Assembly: GCA_964290475.1 (NCBI GenBank)
Contig: CAXYPO010000002.1
Span: 1,561,714 to 1,593,713 of the forward strand
From: Enterobacter bugandensis
GTDB taxonomy: Bacteria > Pseudomonadota > Gammaproteobacteria > Enterobacterales > Enterobacteriaceae
DNA: 32,000 nt
Direction: 5' to 3'
The notes below the pieces were generated by a model. That model worked only from the letters and a program-made list of their open reading frames with translations. It did no database searches and was not told the origin of the DNA. Below are positions 1-10,688 of the stretch, piece by piece. A program made the position numbers and the translations under genes. Numbering within the stretch: position 1 is the first letter of the stretch; the number at the start of each line of letters is the position of its first letter.

Positions 1-265
1 CGACCAGGAAGATTATGCAGAGTACTTCTGTGACGCGCTGGGTACCATCCGTGACATCATCGAGCCGCGCGGCGCGGTGATCGTAGGCCACTGGCCGACC
101 GCGGGTTACCACTTCGAAGCATCTAAAGGCCTGGCAGACGACAACAACTTTGTTGGTCTGGCCATTGACGAAGACCGCCAGCCGGAGCTGACCGCTGAGC
201 GCGTAGACAAATGGGTTAAGCAGATCCGTGAAGAACTGCAGCTCGACGCCATTCTGAATGCCTGA
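1..265 (+). CDS. fldA: Flavodoxin 1, 3' end (partial; gene begins before the window)
   Basis: Frame open from nt 2 to TGA at 263-265; translation DQEDYAEYFCDALGTIRDIIEPRGAVIVGHWPTAGYHFEASKGL...KQIREELQLDAILNA matches the flavodoxin C-terminus; lies directly upstream of fur as in E. coli. Confidence 0.95.
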   Translation, partial: DQEDYAEYFCDALGTIRDIIEPRGAVIVGHWPTAGYHFEASKGLADDNNFVGLAIDEDRQPELTAERVDKWVKQIREELQLDAILNA

Positions 266-472
266 TCAAAGTGCGGCGCAGCGCTAAGGTTGCGCCGTAT
301 TGATAGGTATTATCAATCAAAATAATTGCTACAAATTTTTAACTTTTGCTTTCATACCTGTACAATAACCCAGGTCAAACGCGCCCTCCCTCATGCAACT
401 TTGTCGACGGGAGCACGTTTTTTAAGCATACTTTGCTTGAGACTTGCAGTTTTCATTTAGCCATGGCAGTTC

Positions 473-491
473 TATAATGAGACGCATTATC
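473..491. promoter_or_regulatory. Candidate Fur box (autoregulation)
   Basis: tataatgagacgcattatc matches 15/19 of the classical consensus GATAATGATAATCATTATC; located upstream of fur and overlapping the uof start codon. Confidence 0.6.
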
Positions 492-563
492 TTAAGTGCA
501 TTTTCTGTCACTTCTTCGTTTGAAGTGAATCGTTTAGCAACAGGACAGATTCCGCATGACTGA
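477..563 (+). CDS. uof: Uof, 28-aa upstream-of-fur leader peptide, overlapping the fur start
   Basis: ATG at 477 reads MRRIILSAFSVTSSFEVNRLATGQIPHD*; stop at 561-563 overlaps the fur ATG at 556. Same length and arrangement as E. coli uof. Confidence 0.8.
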   Translation: MRRIILSAFSVTSSFEVNRLATGQIPHD

Positions 564-1002
564 CAACAATACCGCATTAAAGAAGGCCGGGCTGAAAGTC
601 ACGCTTCCTCGTCTTAAAATTCTGGAAGTGCTTCAGGGACCGGATAACCATCATGTCAGTGCGGAAGACTTATATAAGCGTCTTATCGACATGGGTGAAG
701 AGATTGGTCTGGCTACCGTTTATCGCGTGCTGAACCAGTTTGATGACGCCGGTATCGTAACCCGTCACAATTTCGAAGGCGGCAAATCTGTCTTCGAACT
801 GACGCAGCAACATCATCACGATCACCTGATTTGCCTCGACTGCGGCAAAGTGATCGAATTCAGTGATGACTCTATCGAATTACGCCAGCGCGAAATCGCC
901 GCACGTCACGGCATTCGTCTGACTAACCACAGCCTGTACCTCTATGGTCACTGCGCTGAAGGCGATTGCCGCGAAGACGATCGCGCACACGACGCCAAAT
1001 AA
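556..1002 (+). CDS. fur: Ferric uptake regulator Fur (148 aa)
   Basis: MTDNNTALKKAGLKVTLPRLKILEVLQ...HHHDHLICLDCGKVIEF, characteristic Fur sequence. Confidence 0.98.
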   Translation: MTDNNTALKKAGLKVTLPRLKILEVLQGPDNHHVSAEDLYKRLIDMGEEIGLATVYRVLNQFDDAGIVTRHNFEGGKSVFELTQQHHHDHLICLDCGKVIEFSDDSIELRQREIAARHGIRLTNHSLYLYGHCAEGDCREDDRAHDAK

Positions 1003-1019
1003 TTCTGCTTCATACTCTG

Positions 1020-1047
1020 CGCCAGCCTGACGGCTGGCTTTTTTTTG
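1020..1047 (+). terminator. Rho-independent terminator of fur
   Basis: agccagcctgacggctggct hairpin followed by a T-run. Confidence 0.8.
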
Positions 1048-1059
1048 CCCTTTTTTCAT

Positions 1060-1092
1060 AAAAAAAGCCCGGCAATCTGCATTGCCGGGCCT
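1060..1092 (-). terminator. Rho-independent terminator of chiPQ (minus strand)
   Basis: On the minus strand CCCGGCAATGCAGATTGCCGGG hairpin followed by a T-run. Confidence 0.8.
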
Positions 1093-1104
1093 GTGGGAAA
1101 CGAC

Positions 1105-1434
1105 TTACTGATTGTTGCTGCGGATCTCCTGCCAGATCCGATCGCAGCGCGAGGCAACGTCCTGACCGTTACCGCTTTTCCGCGCCTGGATACAGGCCTG
1201 GTAATCCATCACCCGCACGTTCTCCTCTTCCGCAAAGCGGGCGTGGGCCTGCTCTTTTTTCAGCACCGTCAGCACGCTCTGGCAGGCCTCAATTTTCTCT
1301 GGCGAGCCCTCAGCGGTATTGATACAGCTGCTGTAGGCCTCCTTCAGACGTGAATCCTCTTTCGGCGCCGGTGAAGTTGCGCAGGCGGTGAGCCCTGCGG
1401 CAACAGCGGTAATAAGAAGGAATTTTTTCAACAT
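1105..1434 (-). CDS. chiQ: ChiQ (YbfN) small lipoprotein, 109 aa
   Basis: MLKKFLLITAVAAGLTACATSPAPKEDS... with lipobox LTAC; located directly downstream of chiP. Confidence 0.9.
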   Translation of the reverse strand: MLKKFLLITAVAAGLTACATSPAPKEDSRLKEAYSSCINTAEGSPEKIEACQSVLTVLKKEQAHARFAEEENVRVMDYQACIQARKSGNGQDVASRCDRIWQEIRSNNQ

Positions 1435-1458
1435 GTTATGCTCCTTGCCGTCCGTTCA

Positions 1459-2859
1459 TCAGAAAATGGTGAAGGGGGCTATAACCATAAATTTCACGTC
1501 ACGTTCATCCTGGAAGATGTTGCCGTAACCGCCCGCGTAGCTCGGTATGTCGGAGTGGTTGTCGTACTGGGTGAAGTGCAGTTTAAACAGGGTGCCTTTT
1601 GCCCGGCCATCCTGCACGGTATAGACCGCATCGAGGCTATAGGCCGACTCTTTCAGGCGATAGTTCGGATCGTAGTACGCGTCCGGGGTGGCCATGTCTG
1701 CCGGCTTAGCATCCCAGGCGTAGGCATAAGAGGCGCCCACCGCCCAGCCTGGCAGATTCCAGTTTTTCAGATCGTACATGGCGCCAAAGAAGATGGCCTT
1801 TTCACCATCGGCGTTGAAGTCGGAACGGTTATCCCACCAGATATCCAGACGACCATTAGAGGAGGCGTAGGTTGGGGTCATACGCTGCAGGAAATAGCCC
1901 TGCTGGCCGTCGGCTTTGACGTAGGTCCCTTCCAGGCGCAGATCTACCTGCCCTACTTTGTAGCCGAACGTCAGCGCCTGCAGCCAGGCGGTGCCGTCGT
2001 AAATATCGTTTACGCTACCGTTATTGGCTTTGTCGCGCGTGCCGTAGAACTGATAGCTGGTGCTTAACGGACCGCCCACCACGTCAAACTTGTAGCTGGC
2101 TTTGGCAAAGTATTGATCGATATAGCCCTCAGCCTGCCCAAAGGAGGCTTCCAGAACCAGATCGTTTTTGAAGTCATATTTTGCGCCAAGCGAGTGGAGG
2201 TAATCGACTTTCGTGGTCCGGTCATTCTGGTAGAACTTATCCATCTCTATGTGCCACGGCGATTTATATTCATTGGTCCACATATAAGAGAAGCTCAACG
2301 CCCCGCTATCGCCGTAGTCAAAACTGGCTCCCGCTTCGGCGCCCTGATAGGTTCCGGGCATAAAGCTCCAGTGCGGGGCTAACAGGGTCTGACCGGTTGG
2401 CTGAATATAGCCAGCGCGCGCCCAGACCGGACCATATTTAAATTTCGCTGCGGCTTTATACAGGCTGATACCGCTTTTATCGCCGGACCAGTCTTCATCG
2501 TAGGCTTTATTGCTGGAGGAGAAGGCAATTTCGTTCGGGTGGCCGCTGTCACCATTTTCCGCCATTTCGATAGCGGTAAAGGCGGCAATATCAATCCCGA
2601 ACATATCGGCTGCATAGCCGGACTGAAAATCGAGGTTGGCGTTCCAGGTGGAGTGAGCAAGGTTAGTTTTGTATTTGTCGTTATCGGTCACGTCTTTACG
2701 ATCGCGTTCACGCTGCCAGTAATAAATACCCCCCGTAAGCGTGGAGTCCTCGATAAAGCCTGCGGCCTGCGCCTCGGGGGCAGAGATCCAACCTGACATT
2801 GCTGTGACACCGGCAATAGCCAGCGCCAGCGCACTACGTTTGCTGCTAAACGTACGCAT
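1459..2859 (-). CDS. chiP: Chitoporin ChiP (YbfM), OprD-family outer-membrane porin, 466 aa
   Basis: Signal peptide followed by [25 protein letters not shown]...; ends in aromatic beta-signal-like VIAPFTIF; synteny with chiQ and glnS. Confidence 0.93.
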   Translation of the reverse strand: MRTFSSKRSALALAIAGVTAMSGWISAPEAQAAGFIEDSTLTGGIYYWQRERDRKDVTDNDKYKTNLAHSTWNANLDFQSGYAADMFGIDIAAFTAIEMAENGDSGHPNEIAFSSSNKAYDEDWSGDKSGISLYKAAAKFKYGPVWARAGYIQPTGQTLLAPHWSFMPGTYQGAEAGASFDYGDSGALSFSYMWTNEYKSPWHIEMDKFYQNDRTTKVDYLHSLGAKYDFKNDLVLEASFGQAEGYIDQYFAKASYKFDVVGGPLSTSYQFYGTRDKANNGSVNDIYDGTAWLQALTFGYKVGQVDLRLEGTYVKADGQQGYFLQRMTPTYASSNGRLDIWWDNRSDFNADGEKAIFFGAMYDLKNWNLPGWAVGASYAYAWDAKPADMATPDAYYDPNYRLKESAYSLDAVYTVQDGRAKGTLFKLHFTQYDNHSDIPSYAGGYGNIFQDERDVKFMVIAPFTIF

Positions 2860-2864
2860 AAGTT

Positions 2865-2877
2865 ATTCCTCATTGAC
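2865..2877 (-). promoter_or_regulatory. Candidate ChiX sRNA pairing site in the chiP 5' UTR
   Basis: Minus strand GTCAATGAGGAAT immediately upstream of chiP ATG is 12/13 complementary to the ChiX region I recall (AUUCCUCUUUGAC). Confidence 0.5.
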
Positions 2878-3253
2878 GAAATAAAAACGCCTGAAATGGC
2901 GTAAAAATAAAAAGACCAAAGGTCGTGGTAGCCGGAAAAATCTTCTGATTCGCCACCGCCTTTAGACTATTTTTCGCGACGCGAATTATCAACGCTTTTT
3001 AATGGGCAAAATGCAGGATTATGACGAGGTGCACATAATTGGACGTATTTTGAAACAGGCGGGGAATGGTTATTCTATTAGAAAATAATCATATTAAATT
3101 CAATGGATAAAATCCTAAGGGCTGAATAAATTATTCGATTTATCATTTAAAAGACTTTCAAGAAATTTTAAATTAAAAATAAAGTAGCAGCTCCTTGACC
3201 CACTATTTTTAATTAGATGAAAACCTCAAAAAATAAGCAGCTGATCGCAAAGC

Positions 3254-3284
3254 AAAAAAAACGCCGCAATAGCGGCGTTTGTCT
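3254..3284 (-). terminator. glnS rho-independent terminator
   Basis: Minus strand AAACGCCGCTATTGCGGCGTTTTTTTT. Confidence 0.85.
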
Positions 3285-3297
3285 GTGGTTGACCTGA

Positions 3298-4965
3298 TTA
3301 CTCGCCGATCTTGGTCCAGGTATCACGCAGGCCGACGGTGCGGTTAAACACCAGCTTGTCTGCGGTTGCGTAACGGCTGTCGAGGCAGAAGTAACCTTCA
3401 CGCTCGAACTGATACGCTTTACCTGCTTCAGCGCCGGCCAGCGAAGGCTCTGCGTAGCCCTGCTTGATCACCAGTGATTCCGGGTTGATGGTGGCCAGGA
3501 AGTCCTCTGCCGCGCCCGGGTTCGGAATGCTGAACAGGCGATCGTACAGGCGGATTTCAACCGGCAGCGCATGTGCGGCGCTTACCCAATGGATAACGCC
3601 CTTCACCTTGCGACCATCGGCCGGATCTTTGCTCAGGGTCTCGGCGTCGTAAGAGCAGAAGATAGTGGTGATGTTACCTTCTGCATCTTTCTCTACGCGC
3701 TCGGCTTTAATCACGTACGCATTACGCAGACGCACTTCTTTGCCCAGCACCAGACGCTTGTACTGCTTGTTGGCCTCTTCGCGGAAGTCAGCGCGATCGA
3801 TCCAGATCTCGGCGCTGAACGGCACCTCGCGGTTACCCATCTCCGGTTTGTTGGGATGATTGGGCATAGAGACCATTTCACTCTCGCCCTGCGGGTAGTT
3901 TTCGATAACCAGCTTAACCGGATCGATTACTGCCATGGCGCGCGGTGCGTTCTCGTTGAGATCTTCGCGGATGCAGGATTCCAGCGACGCCATCTCAATG
4001 GTGTTGTCCTGCTTGGTTACGCCGATGCGCTTGCAGAACTCACGGATGGAGGCAGCGGTGTAACCACGGCGACGCAGACCAGAGATGGTCGGCATACGCG
4101 GGTCATCCCAGCCTTCAACGTGCTTGTCGGTGACCAGCAGGTTCAGCTTACGCTTGGACATCACCGTGTATTCCAGATTCAGACGAGAGAACTCGTACTG
4201 ACGCGGATGTACAGGAATGGTGATGTTATCCAGCACCCAGTCGTACAGACGGCGGTTGTCCTGGAACTCCAGAGTACAGAGCGAGTGGGTAATGCCTTCC
4301 AGCGCATCGCTGATGCAGTGGGTGAAGTCGTACATCGGATAGATGCACCACTTGTTGCCGGTCTGGTGGTGTTCCGCGAACTTAATGCGGTACAGCACCG
4401 GGTCACGCATCACGATAAACGGCGAAGCCATGTCGATTTTGGCACGCAGACAGGCTTTGCCCTCTTCGAAGCCGCCGGCACGCATTTTTTCAAACAGCGC
4501 CAGGTTCTCTTCCACGCTGCGATCGCGGTACGGGCTGTTTTTGCCAGGAGCAGTCAGGGAGCCACGGTATTCGCGAATTTCGTCGGCAGAGAGCTCATCA
4601 ACGTAGGCGAGGCCTTTGTTGATCAATTCGACGGCATAGGCGAACAGCTGATCGAAATAGTCAGAGGAGTAGCAGATGTCGCCAGACCAGTTGAAGCCCA
4701 ACCATTGCACGTCATTCTTAATAGACTCTACGTATTCGATATCTTCTTTCACCGGGTTGGTGTCATCGAAACGCAGATTGCATTGCCCCTGGTAGTCCTG
4801 CGCGATGCCGAAGTTCAGGCAGATAGATTTCGCGTGACCAATGTGCAGGTAGCCGTTTGGCTCCGGCGGGAAGCGGGTATGGACCGTGGTGTGCTTACCA
4901 CTGGCCAGATCTTCATCGATGATCTGACGAATAAAGTTACTCGGGCGGGCTTCAGCCTCACTCAT
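3298..4965 (-). CDS. glnS: Glutamine--tRNA ligase, 555 aa
   Basis: Class I synthetase motifs [16 protein letters not shown] and VMSKRKL; full-length match to the GlnS family. Confidence 0.98.
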   Translation of the reverse strand: MSEAEARPSNFIRQIIDEDLASGKHTTVHTRFPPEPNGYLHIGHAKSICLNFGIAQDYQGQCNLRFDDTNPVKEDIEYVESIKNDVQWLGFNWSGDICYSSDYFDQLFAYAVELINKGLAYVDELSADEIREYRGSLTAPGKNSPYRDRSVEENLALFEKMRAGGFEEGKACLRAKIDMASPFIVMRDPVLYRIKFAEHHQTGNKWCIYPMYDFTHCISDALEGITHSLCTLEFQDNRRLYDWVLDNITIPVHPRQYEFSRLNLEYTVMSKRKLNLLVTDKHVEGWDDPRMPTISGLRRRGYTAASIREFCKRIGVTKQDNTIEMASLESCIREDLNENAPRAMAVIDPVKLVIENYPQGESEMVSMPNHPNKPEMGNREVPFSAEIWIDRADFREEANKQYKRLVLGKEVRLRNAYVIKAERVEKDAEGNITTIFCSYDAETLSKDPADGRKVKGVIHWVSAAHALPVEIRLYDRLFSIPNPGAAEDFLATINPESLVIKQGYAEPSLAGAEAGKAYQFEREGYFCLDSRYATADKLVFNRTVGLRDTWTKIGE

Positions 4966-5077
4966 CGTGGTTTCCTCAAAGCGTAAACGACATATAACGG
5001 AATATGATCTTATAAGCCGGACGCAGTGACAACCCTTAAAGTGAGGAAGAATAAAATAATGGCGGCTTTTGCTGCAA

Positions 5078-5108
5078 AAAAAAGCGGCGGAGGTTATCCC
5101 CCGCCGCT
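5078..5108 (-). terminator. nagE rho-independent terminator
   Basis: Minus strand GCGGCGGGGGATAACCTCCGCCGC followed by TTTTTTTT. Confidence 0.85.
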
Positions 5109-5135
5109 TAAGGCATTTACTCTACTCAGGAGCCA

Positions 5136-7085
5136 TTACTTGCCTTTAATTTCATACAGCGGCGTCTGGCCCGCAACCACCTGACCTTTGGCCTGAATAA
5201 CCAGACCGCTGAAGTCGTCGATGTTGCTGCACACCACCGGGCTAATCATGGAGCGGGCGTTGGCGTTGAGGAAATCAAGATCCATCTCCAGCACCGGCTG
5301 ACCCGCCACCACTTCTGCGCCCTCTTCTACCAGACGCTTAAAGCCCTGACCGCCCAGCGCAACGGTGTCGATGCCCATATGGACCACGATCTCGGCGCCT
5401 TTTTCCGTTTCCAGGCAGAACGCGTGGTTAGTGTTGAAGATCTTCACGATGGTGCCCGCTGCCGGCGCAACCACGGTTTTCTCCGTTGGCTTCACGGCGA
5501 CGCCGTCGCCGACCGCTTTGCTGGCGAAGGCTTCGTCAGGTACCTGCTCCAGGGCAACAACGTCACCAGTAACAGGAGAGACCAGCGCGGCGACGGTAGT
5601 CGCATTCGCTACCGCCTGCGGTTTCACGACCGCAGCAGTGGCGGCAGGTGCGCTATCAACAGCAGCGGCAGCAACCGGGCCACGCGCCACGACTTTTTTC
5701 ATTTCGTCACCGATGGATTCGGCTTTCGCACCGACGATGACCTGGATGGTCTGTTTGTTCAGCTTAACAACACCAGAGGCCCCAAGACGTTTGCACATTG
5801 CATCGCTTACGTTCGCGGAGTCGGCCACGGTAAGACGCAGACGAGTAATACAGGCATCAATCGCTTTCAGGTTATTGGTACCGCCCACTGCTGCGATGTA
5901 ATTGGTCGCCAGCTGGGTCAGCCCTTCTTCGGTGTTGCTGTTTGCTTCTTCAGTAACGATTTCGTTGTCTTTATCTTCGCGACCTGGGGTTTTCAGGTTG
6001 AACATACGGATAACCGCAGAGAACAGAACGAAGTAGATGACGAAGAAAATCAGGCCCATCACCACCAGCATCCAGACGTTATTACTGGCCGCCGGCAGGT
6101 TGTACATCAGGACATAGTCAATTGCACCCGCAGAGAACGAGAAGCCTGCGTGAATGCCCAGCAGGGTTGCAACATAGAGGCTGATACCGGTCAGGATCGC
6201 GTGCAGGAGGTACAGCAGCGGAGCCAGGAACATGAACAGGAATTCCAGCGGCTCGGTTACGCCGGTCAGGAATGCGGTAATGGCAACAGAGAGCAGCATA
6301 CCGCCCACCATCGGACGACGTGCTTTCGGCGCGGCAAAGTACATCGCCAGCGCGGCACCCGGCAGACCAAACATCATGATAGGGAAGAAGCCGGACATGA
6401 ACATGCCCGCCGTGCCGTCACCCGCGTAGAAGCGGTTGATGTCACCGTGGAAGACCGCGCCCGCCGCGTTGGTGAATTCACCAATCTGGAACCAGGCGAT
6501 GGTGTTCAGAACCTGATGCAGACCGGTTGGGATCAGCAGACGGTTGATGAAGCCGAAGATGCCTGAACCCAGCGCGCCTTCAGAAACAATCCACTCGCCG
6601 CCGGCGTGGATAGCGTGCTGAACCGGAGGCCAGACGTAGCCAAAAATAGCCGCCAGAACCAGACAGAAGAAGCCTGTGGCAATCGGCACAAAGCGTTTGC
6701 CGCCAAAGAAGCTCAGGAAGTCAGGCAGTTTAATACCCGACCAGCGATTGTAGGCCGCACCGCCAACCAGACCGGTAATGATACCCGCCAGCACACCCAT
6801 ATTGATTTCCGGGTTGATGGTGACCATCGCTTTGGTAAGGATGAAGTAACCAACGGCACCCGCCAGGGCGGCAGCACCCGCGCTGTCTTTAGACCAGCTT
6901 GATGCAACACCGATGGCAAAAATCAGCGCCAGGTTGTCAAAGATTGCGCCGCCGGCCTGAGCGATGAAAGGCATGTTAAGCAGATCGGGCTGCCCAAAGC
7001 GCAGTAAGAGTGCTGCCACCGGCAGCACCGCGATCGGGAGCTGTAACGCCCTACCGAGTCGCTGGAAAAAACCTAAAATATTCAT
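5136..7085 (-). CDS. nagE: N-acetylglucosamine-specific PTS permease, EIICBA, 649 aa
   Basis: EIIC MNILGFFQRLGRALQLPIAVLPVAALLLR, EIIB IDACITRLRLTV, EIIA ETEKGAEIVVHMGIDTVAL; divergent from nagB. Confidence 0.97.
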   Translation of the reverse strand: MNILGFFQRLGRALQLPIAVLPVAALLLRFGQPDLLNMPFIAQAGGAIFDNLALIFAIGVASSWSKDSAGAAALAGAVGYFILTKAMVTINPEINMGVLAGIITGLVGGAAYNRWSGIKLPDFLSFFGGKRFVPIATGFFCLVLAAIFGYVWPPVQHAIHAGGEWIVSEGALGSGIFGFINRLLIPTGLHQVLNTIAWFQIGEFTNAAGAVFHGDINRFYAGDGTAGMFMSGFFPIMMFGLPGAALAMYFAAPKARRPMVGGMLLSVAITAFLTGVTEPLEFLFMFLAPLLYLLHAILTGISLYVATLLGIHAGFSFSAGAIDYVLMYNLPAASNNVWMLVVMGLIFFVIYFVLFSAVIRMFNLKTPGREDKDNEIVTEEANSNTEEGLTQLATNYIAAVGGTNNLKAIDACITRLRLTVADSANVSDAMCKRLGASGVVKLNKQTIQVIVGAKAESIGDEMKKVVARGPVAAAAVDSAPAATAAVVKPQAVANATTVAALVSPVTGDVVALEQVPDEAFASKAVGDGVAVKPTEKTVVAPAAGTIVKIFNTNHAFCLETEKGAEIVVHMGIDTVALGGQGFKRLVEEGAEVVAGQPVLEMDLDFLNANARSMISPVVCSNIDDFSGLVIQAKGQVVAGQTPLYEIKGK

Positions 7086-7192
7086 TGTACTCCCCCTATG
7101 AGACCCCGTTTAAGGCACGTTCTCAGCTGTGTTTTTTTATTGTGTCATTAACTATCGATAAAGTTGATGAATCACTGGCTTCCAGAGTGTGT

Positions 7193-7221
7193 GAAAAATT
7201 AATTCGTATCGCAAATTAAAT
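7193..7221. promoter_or_regulatory. Candidate NagC operator proximal to nagE
   Basis: Near-palindrome aaattaattcgtatcgcaaattaaat in the nagE-nagB divergent region, as expected for NagC repression looping. Confidence 0.55.
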
Positions 7222-7231
7222 GCGTATTTTT

Positions 7232-7247
7232 TGTGAGTTTTATCACC
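7232..7247. promoter_or_regulatory. Candidate CRP site between nagE and nagB
   Basis: TGTGAgttttaTCACC matches TGTGA-N6-TCACA except for the final base. Confidence 0.65.
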
Positions 7248-7290
7248 AAATATCGTTCTCACCCCCCATCAGGCTGGCTATCAAAGAAAA

Positions 7291-7314
7291 CTTATTTTAT
7301 CATTCAAAAAATCA
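7291..7314. promoter_or_regulatory. Candidate NagC operator proximal to nagB
   Basis: cttattttatcattcaaaaaatc, resembles the E. coli nagB-side NagC site. Confidence 0.5.
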
Positions 7315-7411
7315 AGACGGATTGACCCGCTCGACGTGATCCAGGTTACGCTTACATCAGGTTCAGGTGCGCCATCCGCCCACATTTCTACTTAAACTTT
7401 TGAGGTGAACA

Positions 7412-8212
7412 ATGAGACTGATTCCCCTGGCAACAGCAGAACAAGTCGGTAAATGGGCTGCACGCCATATCGTCAACCGCATTAACGCATTCAAACCTAC
7501 TGCCGATCGTCCTTTTGTGCTGGGTCTGCCTACCGGCGGTACTCCGCTGACGGCTTACAAAGCTCTGGTTGAAATGCACAAAGCGGGCCAGGTCAGCTTC
7601 AAACATGTTGTCACCTTTAACATGGACGAATACGTTGGCCTGCCGAAAGAGCACCCGGAAAGCTACCATAGCTTTATGCACCGTAATTTCTTTGATCACG
7701 TTGATATTCCGGCGGAAAATATTAATCTGCTGAATGGTAACGCGCCAGATATTGATGCAGAGTGCCGTCAATATGAAGAAAAAATCCGTGCCTACGGCAA
7801 AATTCACCTGTTTATGGGTGGCGTGGGTAACGACGGTCATATCGCGTTTAACGAGCCGGCCTCTTCGCTGGCGTCCCGTACCCGTATCAAAACCCTGACC
7901 CACGACACCCGCATCGCTAACTCCCGCTTCTTTGATGGCGATGTTAACCAGGTGCCAAAATATGCCCTGACCGTCGGCGTCGGCACGCTGCTGGATGCTG
8001 AAGAAGTAATGATCCTGGTGCTGGGCAGCGTTAAGGCGCAGGCCCTGCAGGCGGCGGTTGAAGGCAACGTGAACCATATGTGGACCATCAGCTGCCTGCA
8101 GCTGCATCCGAAAGCGGTTGTCGTCTGCGACGAGCCGTCCACCATGGAGCTGAAGGTTAAAACCCTGAAATACTTCAACGAGTTAGAAGCCGAAAACATC
8201 AAAGGTCTGTAA
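7412..8212 (+). CDS. nagB: Glucosamine-6-phosphate deaminase, 266 aa
   Basis: [27 protein letters not shown]...[10 protein letters not shown]...[18 protein letters not shown]. Confidence 0.98.
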   Translation: MRLIPLATAEQVGKWAARHIVNRINAFKPTADRPFVLGLPTGGTPLTAYKALVEMHKAGQVSFKHVVTFNMDEYVGLPKEHPESYHSFMHRNFFDHVDIPAENINLLNGNAPDIDAECRQYEEKIRAYGKIHLFMGGVGNDGHIAFNEPASSLASRTRIKTLTHDTRIANSRFFDGDVNQVPKYALTVGVGTLLDAEEVMILVLGSVKAQALQAAVEGNVNHMWTISCLQLHPKAVVVCDEPSTMELKVKTLKYFNELEAENIKGL

Positions 8213-8266
8213 TATCATCCCGTCTCAGGAGTGAGGCGGGATATTTTTTTAAAACCGGGGGTCAAT

Positions 8267-9415
8267 ATGTACGCTTTAACCCAGGGCCGGATTTATACCG
8301 GCTATGAAATTCTGGACGACCATGCGATCGTTATCGCTGATGGCCTGATTGAACGTGTCTGTCCGTTAAGCGAGCTGCCTGCGGGCATTGAACAACGCTC
8401 GCTCAATGGCGCAATTCTTTCCCCCGGTTTTATCGACGTGCAGCTTAACGGCTGCGGCGGCGTGCAGTTCAACGATACCGCTGAGGCCGTCACCGTTGAA
8501 ACCCTGGAGATCATGCAGAAGGCCAACGAGAAATCGGGCTGCACCAGCTATCTGCCGACGCTCATCACCACCAGCGATGAGCTGATGAAACAGGGTATCC
8601 GCGTGATGCGCGAGTATCTGGCGAAACACCCGAATCAGGCGCTGGGTCTGCACCTCGAAGGGCCCTGGCTGAATATGGTCAAGAAAGGCACCCACAACCC
8701 GAACTATGTGCGAACCCCGGACGCCGAGCTGGTGGATTACATGTGCGCCAACGCCGATGTGATTACCAAAGTGACGCTGGCGCCGGAGATGACCGGAACG
8801 GATGTGATTGCGCAGCTGGCCGCCGCGGGCATTGTGGTCTCTGCCGGACACTCCAACGCCACCCTGAAAGAGGCCAAAGCGGGCTACCGGGCGGGCATCA
8901 CCTTTGCCACCCATCTTTATAACGCGATGCCGTACATCACCGGCCGTGAGCCGGGGCTGGTAGGGGCTATTCTCGACGAGCCGGAGTGGTACTGCGGGAT
9001 TATTGCCGATGGCCTGCACGTGGATTACACCAACATCCGTAACGCCAAGCGCCTGAAGGGCGATAAGCTGTGTCTGGTAACGGACGCCACGGCACCGGCA
9101 GGTGCAAACATTGAGCAGTTCATTTTTGCTGGTAAAACAATATACTACCGGAATGGACTGTGTGTGGACGAAAACGGCACCCTGAGCGGCTCTTCGCTTA
9201 CGATGATCGAAGGGGTACGCAATCTGGTCGAGCACTGCGGTATTGCGCTGGACGAAGTGTTACGTATGGCGACACTCTACCCGGCTCGCGCCATGGGCTT
9301 CGATAAGCAGCTCGGCAGCATTGCGCCAGGCAAAGTGGCAAACCTGACCGCATTCACGCGCGATTATAAAATCATCAAGACCATCGTTAATGGTAACGAG
9401 GTCGTCACCGAGTAA
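8267..9415 (+). CDS. nagA: N-acetylglucosamine-6-phosphate deacetylase
   Basis: [33 protein letters not shown]...; start at 8267 preferred over the 8231 ORF start by homology. Confidence 0.97.
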   Translation: MYALTQGRIYTGYEILDDHAIVIADGLIERVCPLSELPAGIEQRSLNGAILSPGFIDVQLNGCGGVQFNDTAEAVTVETLEIMQKANEKSGCTSYLPTLITTSDELMKQGIRVMREYLAKHPNQALGLHLEGPWLNMVKKGTHNPNYVRTPDAELVDYMCANADVITKVTLAPEMTGTDVIAQLAAAGIVVSAGHSNATLKEAKAGYRAGITFATHLYNAMPYITGREPGLVGAILDEPEWYCGIIADGLHVDYTNIRNAKRLKGDKLCLVTDATAPAGANIEQFIFAGKTIYYRNGLCVDENGTLSGSSLTMIEGVRNLVEHCGIALDEVLRMATLYPARAMGFDKQLGSIAPGKVANLTAFTRDYKIIKTIVNGNEVVTE

Positions 9416-9423
9416 GTAAAAGT

Positions 9424-10644
9424 ATGACATCAGGCGGACAAGCTCAAATTGGTAACGTTGACCTCGTTAAACAGCTGAACAGTGCGGCGGTGTACCGCCT
9501 GATCGATCAGCACGGGCCAATCTCCCGTATTCAGATTGCGGAACAGAGCCAGCTTGCCCCCGCCAGCGTAACCAAAATTACGCGTCAGCTTATAGAGCGC
9601 GGTTTGATCAAAGAAGTGGATCAGCAGGCCTCCACCGGCGGCCGCCGCGCTATCTCTATTATTACCGAAACCCGTAATTTCCAGGCCGTCGGGGTCCGTC
9701 TGGGTCGTCATGACACCACCCTCACCCTGTACGACATGAGCAGTAAAGCCATTGCGGAAGAGCACTATCCCCTGCCGGAACGCACTCAGGAGACGCTGGA
9801 ACACGCCCTGCTGAATACCATCGCCCTGTTTATCGAAACCCATCAACGGAAAATCCGCGAGCTGATCGCCATCTCGGTTATTTTACCCGGCCTTGTCGAT
9901 CCGGAGAGCGGTGTGATTCGCTACATGCCGCACATTCAGGTAGAGAACTGGGGCCTGGTGAAGGCGCTGGAGAAACGCTTTCACGTCACCTGCTTTGTCG
10001 GGCACGACATTCGTAGCCTGGCGCTGGCGGAGCACTACTTTGGTGCGAGCCAGGATTGCGAAGACTCCATCCTGGTGCGCGTGCATCGCGGTACGGGGGC
10101 GGGGATCATCTCCAACGGACGCATTTTCATTGGCCGCAACGGCAACGTGGGCGAGATTGGCCATATTCAGGTAGAGCCGCTGGGCGAGCGCTGCCACTGC
10201 GGCAATTTTGGCTGTCTTGAGACCGTGGCCGCCAACGCCGCCATCGAGCAGCGCGTCCGCCACCTGCTTGAGCAGGGTTATCAAAGCCGTATCCTTCTCG
10301 AAGAGTGTAAAATTACCGCCATCTGTAAAGCCGCCAATAAAGGCGATGCGCTGGCCTGCGAAGTGATCGAACAGGTCGGCCGCCACCTCGGTAAAACCAT
10401 CGCTATCGCCATCAACCTGTTTAACCCGCAAAAAGTGGTGATTGCCGGTGAGATCACCGAGGCCGAAAAAGTGCTGCTGCCCGCCATTGAAGGCTGCATT
10501 AATACCCAGGCGCTGAAGGCGTTTCGCCAGAACCTGCCGGTGGTGCGATCCACGCTGGATCACCGCTCCGCTATTGGCGCCTTTGCGCTGGTAAAACGCG
10601 CCATGCTTAACGGGATCCTGCTCCAGCGTTTGCTGGAAAGCTGA
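9424..10644 (+). CDS. nagC: NagC, ROK-family GlcNAc-responsive repressor, 406 aa
   Basis: N-terminal HTH and ROK cysteine motif GERCHCGNFGCLET. Confidence 0.97.
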   Translation: MTSGGQAQIGNVDLVKQLNSAAVYRLIDQHGPISRIQIAEQSQLAPASVTKITRQLIERGLIKEVDQQASTGGRRAISIITETRNFQAVGVRLGRHDTTLTLYDMSSKAIAEEHYPLPERTQETLEHALLNTIALFIETHQRKIRELIAISVILPGLVDPESGVIRYMPHIQVENWGLVKALEKRFHVTCFVGHDIRSLALAEHYFGASQDCEDSILVRVHRGTGAGIISNGRIFIGRNGNVGEIGHIQVEPLGERCHCGNFGCLETVAANAAIEQRVRHLLEQGYQSRILLEECKITAICKAANKGDALACEVIEQVGRHLGKTIAIAINLFNPQKVVIAGEITEAEKVLLPAIEGCINTQALKAFRQNLPVVRSTLDHRSAIGAFALVKRAMLNGILLQRLLES

Positions 10645-10688
10645 CGGAGTCTTATAGTTACGCCTTCTTTTTTAATGCCGGACAGCCC

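Noticed and set aside
1438-2067. 209-aa plus-strand ORF opposite chiP
   Set aside because: Antisense shadow of the porin gene; no homology recognised.
3571-4986. 471-aa ORF on the plus strand opposite glnS
   Set aside because: Shadow ORF covering conserved glnS; no recognisable motifs or independent signals.
5379-6566. 395-aa ORF on the plus strand opposite nagE
   Set aside because: Antisense to a well-supported conserved gene; composition is typical of a shadow frame in high-GC coding DNA.
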